DNA of 64,000 nucleotides from Callorhinchus milii. Its lineage: Eukaryota. Where the stretch lies: NCBI RefSeq assembly GCF_018977255.1, contig NW_024704743.1, positions 15,378,001 to 15,442,000 on the forward strand, in the 5' to 3' direction. Shown one piece after another: positions 10,712-22,707 of this stretch. The notes under the pieces are model-generated. The model was not told where the DNA came from, did no database searches, and saw only the letters and a list, made by a program, of their open reading frames with translations. Position numbers and translations under genes: made by a program. The first letter of the stretch is position 1. Every line of letters starts with the position of its first letter.

Positions 10712-12558
10712 ACAACAACAACAACAACAACAAGATTCCATTTATAGAGCGCCTTTCACGTCAGGAGGACGTCCCAAGGCGCTGCACAGTTGGGTCATGA
10801 CCCGAGCAGGGGGGAAATGGTCAGGGTGAGGGGAGGGAAGGGAGGGAGAGAGGAGGGGGAAATGGTCAGGGTGAGGGGAGGGAAGGGAGGGAGCGAGGAG
10901 GAGGAAGAGAGTCGAGAGGGGAGCTGAAGGCACGGTCAAAGAGAAAGGTTTTGAGACCGGCCTTGAAGGAGGAAAGGGAGGAAGCAAGGCGAAGGCACTG
11001 GGGGATGGAGTTCCAGAGCCTCGGGGCTGAGAGGCTGAAGGCCCGACCACCGATAGTAGGGCGGTTGGGGCGGGGGACGTGGAGCAGACCGGAGCCAGAG
11101 GAACGGAGGGTACGGGCAGGTAGGTAGGGGGATAGTAGGTTGGAGAGGTAGGAGGGAGCAAGGCCGTGAATGGCCTTGTAGGTGAGGATGAGGATCTTGA
11201 AATCAATCCTCTGGGGGATGGGGAGCCAGTGGAGGCGAGCGAGGGTGGGAGTGATGTGGTCCCGAAGCCTGGTGCGGGACAGTACACGAGCTGCAGAGTT
11301 CTGAATGACCTGCAGCTTGTGGAGGGAGGTGGCGGGAAGGCCGGCGAGGAGAGAGTTCCCATAGTCCAGCCTTGAGGTGACAAAGGCGTGAACCAGGGTT
11401 TCAGCAGCGTGAGGGGTGAGGTAGTGCCGTAGTCTGGCGATATTCCGGAGGTGATGGAAGGCGGTGCCAGTTGTGGTGCGGATGTGAGGGAGAAAGGACA
11501 GCTCAGGGTCGAACAAAACGCCGAGGTTCCTGACTGGCTTTGAGAGGTGGAGAGTGCAGCCTTGGATGCTGATGGTGTCAGCGCCTGAGGTGCGGAGGCG
11601 CTGACGTGAGCCAATCAGGAGGGCCTCGGTTTTTTGCACGTTGAGCTGAAGAAAGTTGTCTCTCGTCCAGGACTCGATGTCGGACAGGCAGGCTGTCAGG
11701 ACATCGGTGGTCGTGGAGTTGAGAGTAGAGGAGGAAAGGTAGAGTTGGGTGTCATCCGCATACATGTGGAAGTTAACCCCATGTTTGCGGATGATGTCAC
11801 CAAGGGGAGCATATAGAGGGTGAAGAGGAGGGGACCGAGGACAGAGCCCTGAGGGACACCACATGAGACAGTACGGGGGGTGGAGGAGAAGCCATTCGTT
11901 GAGACGAAGTGAAGACGGTGGGAAAGGTAAGAGCTAAACCATTCAAGGACAGTGCCTTGAAGGTTGAGGTGGGAGGACAAGCGGTGGAGTAGGATAGCGT
12001 GGTCGACCGTATCGAATGCTGCCGATAGGTCGAGGAGGACGAGGAGACAGAGGGAGCCCTGGTCACAGATGGTCAGGATATCATTGGTGACCTTGACCAG
12101 GGCAGTTTCTGTGCTATGAGCAGCACGGAAACCTGACTGAAGGGGTTCAAAAAGAGAATGGGTGGAGAGGAAAGAGCGCAGTTGGGAGGCGACAACTCTT
12201 TCCAAGACCTTGGAGAGAAAGGGGAGGTTGGAGATGGGCCGGTAGCTTGATAGCTGCGACGCATCAAGGGAGGGTTTTTTCAGGGTGGGCGTGATGATGG
12301 CAGTTTTTAATGGAATGGGGACAGAGCCAGAGGAGAGGGACAGGTTTATGATGTCAGTGATGTGTGGGACAAGAAAATGGAGCTGGGAGATAAGGAGTGG
12401 AGTGGGGATGGGGTCAAGGGAGCAGGTGGTTGGTTTTAGGGATAGGATGAGTTCAGTGACAGAGGGTGGGGAAACGGGTACGAAGGTGTGTAGGGGAGGA
12501 TGGGTAGGAGTCGGAGTGTGGGAGGGAAGGGGTGGGTGGTGGGTGGAAGTTGGAGGGG
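10712..12558 (-). mobile_element. Young L2 LINE, 5'-truncated, RT with a single frameshift
   Basis: ORFs 11696-12580 and 10866-11864 ([47 protein letters not shown]). (TTG)n tail at 10712-10731. Confidence 0.97.
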
Positions 12559-13321
12559 ACCCTGGCTCAGCCTCGGCCATTGCTAAGTGCTCCGAGACAC
12601 CTCCCAGCGTGGATGGCGCTATATAAATGCAAGTTGTAATAAGTGAATTAATTCAAAATGTATATTATCTTTGACAGAAGAAATTCAATACTATGAAAAG
12701 TGCCAACTTTCTAATTTATAATAGAAAATGGAATCTTCTTTTTCCATGCAGATAGGGAAGGACTCCAATTAGGTAAGATTACTATGATCTAGAATTACAT
12801 ATTAAATTAAGGATAGTGTCAAATTAAGTCATCCAAGTAAATTTTAATGAAAAATTTGAAAATCTAAATGAAATAAATGTGACTGTCGAATCGCTACAAT
12901 TTACAAAATATAGTATTCCTAGGGAAGTGCTGCTTCTAATTTCAGTTGCAGCTTTCTTTTATAAGCATTTTGAGATTTAGTTTAATTTAGTCTGCAGTCT
13001 TAGTTTGTAAATTTAAGCACAAGTTCTTTAGTTCATTCATTATTTTTACGTTCACTTTGTAAGTTGTTTAGTCCTCAAGTTCATGTTAGATGAAGTTGTA
13101 ATGGAAAGCCAAGAGTAATAATAATACTTGCATTTGATATAGTGCCTTATCAAGTTTTTGAGATATCTCAAAGTGCTTCACAGAAACGTGATTACTGTAA
13201 AGTAAATTGACTGTATATTTTGTGGGCAAAACGCGGCATCCAATTGCACACAGCAGTGTCCCACAAACAGTTGTGGATTGAGTGACTAATTTATTTATTT
13301 ATTTTTGAAGGAATTATTATT

Positions 13322-13636
13322 GTGGAGTCCTGTAGCTCAATGGTTAGAGCACTCGCCTGGCAAGCGAGACATCTGGGTTCAATTCCAGGCAGAGGGCGAA
13401 ACCTTGGGCAAGTTTCCTTACTCCACACGCCTAATAATAATCCCTCCAAAACAAAACAATAATAGATTGTTCATTTTCAATCCACGACTGTTTGTGGGAC
13501 ACTGCTGTGCGCAATTGGCTCCTGCGTTTCACCCACAAATATACAATCAATTCACTTTACAATCTATTCTGTGAAGCGCTTTGAGACGTCTAGAAGACGT
13601 GAAAAGCGCTATATCAAATGCAAGGATTATTATTAT
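13322..13636 (+). mobile_element. tRNA-Ala SINE (short) nested in an opposite-strand SINE (13116-13320 and 13637-13747)
   Basis: The host SINE resumes after the (TTA)n tail. Confidence 0.92.
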
Positions 13637-15340
13637 CATTACCCATGGCAAAGTAATCCGCCAATCGACTAACAATCGGGTTCCTACTTACTGCTAGGTA
13701 AACAGATGCATGTGGAGTAACAAAACTTGCCCAATGTTTTGCCCTGTCCATTTTTACTCAAAGCAATACAAATAGCCAACTTTTCTGCAAGCACATCTAA
13801 ACACTTTCCTGAATTCAAGTACATGCAATGTAGCTTCAACTTAGTACAGAAAAAAACATAGTATAGAAAAAACGGAATTGTTCTAATGCTTCAAAACCTT
13901 GTATTCTGAAATGCTATACCAGAAGTAGAAATGTTCCCATTCAAGTTTGTAGTTTAGTTTCCCAGGAAGAGATGGGAGGATAGCTAAGGATGCTTTATGT
14001 AGAACAGCTTACATAGTAAGGTCACATAAATTATGAGTAAGTGTATGAGTAACTTCATAAATTAAGAAAACTCCGATATCATTCAGAAATTAGTGGAAAC
14101 AAAAATCTGCTGACAAATCCAAAAGTCTACCTTAATCAGCAACTGCAGTGCGAGCAAGTTAAGACTTTGTGCACGCACAATTTATTCTTCTATCTGAAAG
14201 AGCTCATGCATTTTTTATTGGTCATCCAAGTCATAGCCTTGATCACTGAAGCATACAATTGTTACCTTGCTGCAGAGCCTGGAAAGGTCATTTTTGCCAA
14301 ATAAATACAACTCTAATCTTGAACTCAACTGAACCCACCTAATTGAATCCAGCTAATATAATTCTCAAACTGGCCTTATGCTATTGTAACGTATGGAATA
14401 CTGAATTGAACCCAACTAATATTGGACTGTTGGAATCACAAACAAAATCACAAACAAAATAAGAACTGTGCGTTAAATAGTAATTAAATAAAGTAGACGC
14501 TTGTAGAAACAAATGTAGTTTCTTGGCTTGAGCAAAGTTAAACAATATCCCTGCAAATATTGAACTTAACTCACGATAATTAGACTGTTTACATTGGACA
14601 ATTCAGACAGCTAAATTACATTCCACACTTACCCACTCTTAGCAAAATAATATGTTCCATTTTTTCCCCCACAGGTATTCACTATAGAATTTGCATTATC
14701 CCTGAATTATGCTTAAAAGACATTTTTTAATCAAAATACTGCCCCTAGATTTAGGGGATTTTAATATAACTCACTGAAGCTTAACTTGTTCGCCCAACTT
14801 GAGTCTCACCTACAATAAGCAACTTTAGTGAATTACGGCACAGAGAAGAGCCAGACGTGCCCCAAAGATGCTTCATTGAATTTAACGGTGCCATGCACTT
14901 GAGACTGGCCTGGGAGTCAACCCAGACCCGCTTCCCCCAACCCCAGGAAAGTTGGGAATTATAGTCTAGTTGCTGATGCTTCATTTTCCTGAAATCCAGA
15001 TACCTTCCAGACAACTTCAAATCCTCCATTGAACTCAGTCGAGTCACTCTAGAACCCATACCTACTTGGCTCTTCCACTACTTTTTGGTGGGATGTTTCG
15101 TGTCAGTATTACCAATGCGAGCCGACCTCTATAAATGCTTCCTCCCTGCTTTCAAGCCTGCTGCTAATCCTCCCAATACTCTTTCTAACGATTCGTTGGA
15201 CTCTGCTTTTATTCTTTCAAATATTAATTTCGTCAATATACATTATTGAATTGGGAATCCCTTCTAGTATTTGCAACAGTTTTATTTTTTGGAAACGTCT
15301 CTTTGTGCTGATCTTATGCCAAATAGCATTCTCTACAAAC

Positions 15341-15656
15341 AATAATAATAATAATCCTTGCATTTGATATAGCGCTTTTCACGTCGGGAGGACGTCCCAA
15401 AGCGCTTCACAGAAAACTGTAAAGTGAATTGACTGTATATTTGTGGGCGAACGGGCAGCCAATTGCGCACAGCAATGTCCCACAAACAGTTGTAGATTGA
15501 AAATGACCAATTTATTATTGTTTTGTTTTTTGGAGGGATTATTATTAGGCGTGTGGAGTAAGGAAACTTGCCCAAGGTTTCGCCCTCTGCCTGGAATTGA
15601 ACTCAGGTCTCTCATTTGCAAAGCGAGTGCTCTAACCACTGAGCTACAGGACTCCA
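15341..15656 (-). mobile_element. tRNA-Ala SINE (short)
   Basis: Near-identical reverse complement of 7763-8080. Confidence 0.93.
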
Positions 15657-15989
15657 ATATCTTCCAAATGTTAAGAATGTTAGGTAAGCACTTTTTTTGG
15701 ACAATTTAAGCTGCCAATATCCCCAAAAACAATCCAATGTTGAACAATGTTTTGCTCCATATATTAACGAGTGTACATCTTCAGAGATTTGTATTGCATA
15801 ATGCTCTTAAGACTTTTTAAAAAAAACTGATGTGGGTCTAAACATATCCATAATGTTTTAACTATGATCACAAAAGTACTCATCCAGTCAGTGGTGGGCT
15901 TCATGACATAATTAAAATGGGAATGTTTAAAATAATTCAAAAGGTGAATGAAGAAGAAAGTGGACTACTAGAAAGTGAGGAAATATTGG

Positions 15990-16900
15990 AAACTATTCAC
16001 AATTCTGTCCATTCTCATTTTCTTTAATGTTTCTTTTAGCCTTTCTTTTGTGGCTTGTGTTTGTTCTTGTAGATTGTCTCTTCTGGTCACCTTCGGTCCT
16101 GTGATCTCTCTTTTTCCACCAAGTTTTCCCCTCTGGACCTTGTAATTTATGTCTGTATTTCCTTGCATAATGTCCATATCCATTGCAAATATGCATTCCT
16201 TTCCTGCACTGAACATCACCTGAGAGCATGCTTTAATCTCATTCTTCAGTTGTTTTTGCTTTCGTCTTGGTCCATATGTTTGTTTTATTCCATACAACTT
16301 ATCTGAATCATTCCAGTTCCTCTGTTCAGCCAGTTTATCTATTTCCATTTTTTTTTATCAGCTTTTTCCATTTCCTGTGTGTGGGTCCTTGACATTTTCT
16401 TTTTTTTTTGTACAGCTTTCCCCAAGACCATGTCTTCCTGTTTCAACAGCTTACTGCATGGCTTGTTGCCGCGAATTCTGATCTGAGTACCGCAAAATAC
16501 TGTGTAAATGATTCTGTTAGGCCTTGCTTCCTGGTTACAAATAACTCTCTTGAGTGTCGAAATACTTCCATGCCTCTTATCCTGCCACACTTACAAAAAA
16601 CAGCATAGAATTTTGTTGTCTTGTAGCAGCAGGTTCGTAGCTATCACAAATATTCCAACTGGTGCCAATTATGTCAGAAATTTCTTGTTAGCTTCAATGG
16701 TCTTGGTATTTACAAACATCTTGATGGGTAATCTGGTTCCATTGCTCCTGAAATAATTTTTGCGTGTTTCAATGTACCTTTCCAGCCTCTTAGTTTTTCC
16801 AGTCCAAGTTTGGTTCCTTCCGACACCATGTAATAAGTAGAGTACTCACAAAGTACCGGCTACTGAGCTTGAGTCTCGATCCAAACCAGTACACTCCAAC
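15990..16900 (-). mobile_element. Highly decayed RTE-like LINE C-terminal fragment
   Basis: Weak remnants such as VSTLL..., RLE and QRGKLGGKR resemble the RTE C-terminus. Many stops. Confidence 0.35.
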
Positions 16901-17407
16901 CCATGGCAATAACCATACCCTATGCCCCTTTTCGAGTGTTCTTTTATACATCATGAATCAATCCCATCGGCTGTTAATTGATTGTCATTATCTCTTAAAG
17001 GGATCTCACCCCAAACAGATTGAAGACAGGAATAAACAAGTCTAACCAAGGAAATTACATTTAGTTCAATACTTAAACACTGTAAGACTTCAACAGAGTT
17101 GCAGCTTCAGTTTTAAAGCCAGGCCAATAGCTGTTTTGTAAATACAAACAATACTACAGTGGAATGCTGGTTATCCTCACTAATTATCCACAAGTTGCGT
17201 GCGTATGTGCAAGGTTATGGGGAAATCATTTACCAATGCTGTACCAAGACATCATGAGACTAGTAATCTAGTGCCCATGGATGCACCTTCACGACGACAA
17301 TAACAACAACTCTTAAAGGGATCTCGGAGAGATCCCTTTAAGAGACAATATCAATCAATTAACAGCCGATAGGATTGATTCATGATGTATAAAAGAACAT
17401 TTGAAGA

Positions 17408-17651
17408 ACCATCAGCGGCCGTGCCTTCAGCCACTATGCCCCAAGGCTCTGAAACTCCCTTCCTCACTCCCTTCGCCTCGCCCCCTCTCTTCCAATTTTC
17501 AGGTCTCGGCTGAACACCTTCCTTTTTGACTGTGCCTTTGGTCACCACTTCCCCCTCCCCCTGGCTCGGTCCCGGGATCTGTTACTGTGAAGCGCTCTGA
17601 GACGCCGTCCGGCGTGGAGGGTGCTATATAAATCCAAGTTATTGTTGTTGT
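17408..17651 (+). mobile_element. L2 3' end inside a complex insertion
   Basis: L2 3' UTR, tail hairpin and TATATAAATCCAAG(TTG)n. Confidence 0.85.
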
Positions 17652-17822
17652 TGTACCAAGACATCATAAGATTAGTAATCTAATGCCCATGGATGCACCT
17701 TCATGACTAATAGAAGGGGATACTTCCCAAGATACAATTTAATATTTACACTCCACCAGTGAAAGTAAATCAAGCAAAAAGCCTGCAAGTTCTCAAAAAC
17801 AAATTACAGAACACATTCTTAC

Positions 17823-17884
17823 CTTAACAAAAGTTCTTTTGGCAGCTTTTTGTTTATGGGTGCTTCATCATTGTTTGAGAAAAC
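17823..17884 (-). CDS. FBXL2: FBXL2 exon 2 (VFSNNDEAPINKKLPKELLLR, start of the F-box)
   Basis: 62 nt with ttag| acceptor and |gtaaga donor. Contains the F-box motif LPKELLLR; VFSNND matches FBXL2. Confidence 0.96.
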
Positions 17885-20269
17885 CTAAGCAAATCAAAAC
17901 ACAATGATCAGAAAAACAAAAGAATTTAAACAGAAAACAAACGTCCAAAAGAAAGTAATCTGAAATTTGCAATCCAAATTTTATTTTTCAACACATTAAT
18001 GGAAGCATTTCTTCAGCCAATTTTGGGAAGGATATTTGATGATAAATCTATGGACATCTTAATTGCTGGGAATGTCATCTCTTCACTGAATCAATTTTCA
18101 ACGTTGGTGGTGTTTTAATGCTTTTTCTTTGTCGTCAAGCATACTAAATCTCATTAGAACTTGTGGCAGTTCTGTCTATTGAGTGAAATCAATTTAAATG
18201 TATTCTTAATCACATATATGTGGAAGGCTTCCTTCATTTCTCTCACGTTCTTTTTCCAGATAACTGATCACATATCAGTAAGACATACCAGTGATTTTTG
18301 AAGTTATGAGACTCCAGTACTCATATGAGTCAATATTAAATGTAGTATCTGATTAAGGATCACCTTGAATCATTCCCTGATCGTAATAACTACCCTCTAA
18401 TTGCAACCAAGAAAGATTTTGGTGAGTACACTACGACCTATCGAAAATTTATGTTGATACAGTCCAGCAGAGAATAGACGAAGCAAGATTGATAAAAAAA
18501 AATTATTGGTGATGACATCATGCTAAATTTTCTAGAAAACAATATTAACATGTGCAATTAACCAGTTAGTAGGAGGAGAGCACACAGAAACTCTGAACTA
18601 AAGGATGACACAATCATATTTGTCTGGTTTACAAAAAAGGTTCTTCAGGATTACATTTCAATTTAAAACTGATCAAAGAAGCAAAATTCTTCTTTTTGTT
18701 CTCCACTCCACTTCTTCCCGAACAAGTCAAATGTACAGAGTTGAGGGATTAAAGCCTGCAAATTCTTGGCAGTGCAGTTCAAGGCTGAAGCAACCAAAAT
18801 CACACTGGTTAAAGACATGCAAGATCTGGAATGCATGATATCTTGAAGCAAATATGTAACTTGTTCAATAAAACATTACTCAGGTCAGAGTAGTCCCCAG
18901 ATTACTTAATTATGGACATTTCCTTTGAAAAATGGAAGTGGATTTTAAACTGAAAAGAAATGCAAATAAACAGTTCTATCGAAGTTTAGAAATGGAAAGG
19001 TCCTTTGTGACATGAGGTACGCAGCAGAAGGAGGCAAAAAAGAAATTTAATAAAATTTTAGACTTGACAGATATTTACCACTACATTTCACACAAATGTG
19101 CCTCAAAAGGCTCTTTCATTACTAATAAAAGTTTATAAATTTGATGGAGTTCTTAACATCCCGGCACTAACCCTGAACATAGAATCAAAAGGGTAGAATA
19201 AGTACCTTTGAAGTAAGGAAGCTGTCATTGAATGGAGTTGCTGAATATGAATATGTGAAAAAAATCCTTGTAACTTGTTTCGAAACAGCATATTTTCAGG
19301 GATAATTTCAAAAATCAAATGCAAAAAGATATACATCAGCCACTGAAGAGTATGATACACCCAAATTATAATGCTCGTCATATAAGAAATTCTCTGGAAT
19401 AAATAGTAATACTGATTTTACAATCTCAAACATTGGTTTTGGTGAACATATTTGTAAGATGGTTGCCAACTTTCAATTCTCTCAGAGATTTCTAATCAGC
19501 AGATATAAATCTTTTGGACACTTCACTTTAGGGAACAGATAGGTAGGTAGGTACTTGTTGACACCACAGATATTATTGACTGCTTTGGTGCCTCTGTCTA
19601 TTGCTATCAGGGAGACTTACAGATTGAAGTTCATTTCAATACAAGCCTCAGAACAAAACATGCCTTTATTCATTCCTACCTCTAATGCACAAGGACAATC
19701 TGTGTTAGTCTCTTTCCTCCCAAGTCAAAAACAAAAGACATCTTATGACATTTAAACCCATTCGTAATATTCCAAATGCTTGAACAAGAAGAACCCTTTC
19801 AAATGTAAGCTAATGCAGTCAGATATGCCTATCTATGGGATGTTGGAGAAGACTAATCACAAAGTAACATTTCCAAATACTGTATTTTAACAACATGCAT
19901 TTGATGATTGTACTGAAAACCAATAGTTGATTGAAATTAAGACAAAACATTTCAAACTACAAGGCTTTCCCTGAAGTATAAATAGATTTTACAGACAAAA
20001 CTGAAGCAACTTAACTTCAAACATATGTGACATCAGAATTCCTCCAAGACTAGATCAATGTAAGACTTTATAATTGCAGGGAGTTAAAACAAAAGTAAAA
20101 ATTTTACTTGACATATGGCTCAATTTCAATGTCGTAATTTAATTTTTCTAAAGCTGGGGGGGGGGGGGGGGGAATTCCAAAGACCAGTCAAATGAAAATA
20201 AAGTGTTAGTCAAAACATCAAAACTAAAGGGAAGGAAGGAACACAGTGAGAGAGCATTTATTTTACAAA

Positions 20270-21300
20270 ATAAGTTGGCAAGATTAGTTTGGATGAAGAA
20301 GGTCATTGGCCCATCCGAATAGCCACCGTACCATCTTCCAATCACGGCATTTAGCTTGTTTTTGAATGAGTCCAGGGTCTTGCCTCAACCACCCTTGCTG
20401 ACAACCTGTTCCAGTCATTCATTACTCTAAAGATATAGAAAATGTTCCTGGTTTGATAAGTCCTGAAATTACCCTTTGCCACTCTAAACCCATGTCTCTT
20501 TTTCTCCTGTCTCAGTGCATCCTAAAGTATTGTTCTGGGTTCACTTTTTCCAACCCAACCTAACATTTTAATAGACTGCTAAGTTCCCTCGCCACAAAAT
20601 GATAGAAGAAATAATTTGTGAATTTAAATAACATTACCTTTCCATTATATTGATAGTATAAACATCCAGCCATGTTTAAATTTCTTGAACATCCAATTTT
20701 GGTAAATTTGTGTCATCAAGGTAAAGGATGGCTTCTCTGGGAGACTTGGAAATTAGTAGAAGCGGGCATGATTTTACAAAAGGAGGGATAACATTTCAAA
20801 GTGTTATACAAAGATAAGTACTTCATGGATGGGACAGAATTTCCCAAGAAAAAGAGATCTAGGAGTGTTAGTTGACTTGTCGCTCACTTTATCAAATGCT
20901 AAATCAGTTGAGTTTATACATCATTCTCAGGCTATACAGTGCTTGGGTCAGACTGCAATGATACTGCATACATTTCTGTTCTAGCGACATAAGGATGCTG
21001 CTTAGGCTCCAGAGGCAGGTCAAAGGAGAGTAATTATGATGTTCCCTGGTTTTGGAGGAATAAGCTAACTATGAGCAATGATTAGACAAGCAAGGGCTCT
21101 TCAGTCTTAAGACAACACAAAGGGGACCTCAAAGAAGTGTTATCAAATTTTAAATGGGGTTCAAAAAGTAAACCCAGATTAATACTTTAGGATGCAACAA
21201 GACATCAGAACTGGAAGACAATACAAATTTATATAGAGCCTTCCACTTCAGGAGGATGTCCCAAGGTGTTGATGTAGAGTTAGAGTTGTAAAGAGTAATT
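20270..21300. mobile_element. Old CR1-like fragments (- 20270-20580, + 20700-21300)
   Basis: Degenerate similarity to the CR1 RT C-terminus (DLGVLVD..., GLFSL..., GDL.EV). Confidence 0.5.
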
Positions 21301-22341
21301 TCAGAACAGATATATTAAAACTCACATAAATTGTATCAGTTGGAACCATAACATTTAATATGATTTGCGCGAAGGCCAAGCTGCAGGCAAACTGTATAAG
21401 TCGTAGAAAATCCAATTTAATCAACAACCTACACTGCACATAGAACAACAACAAATTACACTGTACAGCGCCTTTCAGGTCGGGAGGACAGTCAGAGATT
21501 TTGACTCAAGCAGGGGGTTGCGATCAGGAGGGTTGGAGGGCAGGGAGAGTAGGGATAGGAGGGTTACTGAAGGCGCTTTAGAAGAAGAGGATCTTGAGAG
21601 GTGCCTTGAAGGAAGCAAGGGAGGGAGCAAGTCAAGGGACAGTGGGATGGAGTTCAAAGGGTGGGGGCAGAGAGGCTGAAGGAATAACCGTCGATGGTGG
21701 GGGGCCGGGAACGTGGACCACCAACATACAAGTGGGCCCACTAAAACAATTTACATTTATTTAGGGTTTCCTTGGGGAAGTAAGCGAGTTCTCCATGGAG
21801 CTAAACTGACTCCAAGGTGACATGTTTGGCAATGGAATGTCAGGATCAAGCCAAATGTCTGTGGTGGTCTCGGCAGTCTAGTCCCTGAGTCAGGCAGATG
21901 CACAGTATTCCAAGGCATTGCTGATGACAGCACAGCCATCGAAAGACTAGCACCAGCATTTTACTTTATCATCGCATTTAAAACCTTATAAGATCGTCTG
22001 CAAAACGATACTTCGACGAGCTTCAAAAGCCCAGGCTTGTCTATTCGCTGTTCATTCCTCTAACCAGAGGGACCATCCTCATTGCTCTCCTGTTTGTGAA
22101 ACACTACTGTGCGTAAATTGGCAAAAGTGTTCACCTACAAATCCAGTACACTTTACAGTAAAACTCTATTAAACACAATGTGATAAGGAGCTATATCAAA
22201 TGTAAGGATTATTATGATGTGCATACCCCACCTCTTTTCAAGACCTTTGCTTCCAACTCTGATTCCACAGCTCCCCCCAACTTGGTATCATCTGCAAATT
22301 TAACAATTTTACACCAAGTCTGTGAATTCAGGTCATTAATG

Positions 22342-22707
22342 TAATAATAATCTTTGCATTTGATAGCGCCTTATCATGTCTTCGAGACGTCTCAAAGCGC
22401 TTCACAGAATAGACTATAAAGTGAATTGATTGTATATTTTTGTGGGCAAAATGCGGCAGCTAATTGCATACAGCAGTGTCCTGCAAACAGTTGTGGATTG
22501 AAGCAACCAACTTTTTTTTTGAAGGAATTATTACCACCGGAAAAGCGATTCGCCTATCGACTAACAACTGGGTTCCTACTTCCTGCTAGATAAACAGAGG
22601 TGTTTGGAGTAAGGAAACTTGCCCAACATTTCGCCCTGCCGGGAATCAAATCCAGGTCTCTCGCTTGCGAGGCGAGTGCTCTAACCACTGAGTTACAAGA
22701 CTCCACA
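22342..22707 (-). mobile_element. tRNA-Ala SINE (long subfamily)
   Basis: Has the extra ~60-bp central segment. Confidence 0.9.

Noticed and set aside
195..12626. Long ORFs (290-352 aa) as host genes
   Set aside because: They are CR1/L2 reverse-transcriptase fragments or their shifted or antisense frames, with frameshifts and LINE tails.
18505..18601. Possible C/D snoRNA (GTGATGA ... CTGA, about 88 nt)
   Set aside because: It is antisense to the host intron, the terminal stem is weak, and I recognise no guide sequence.
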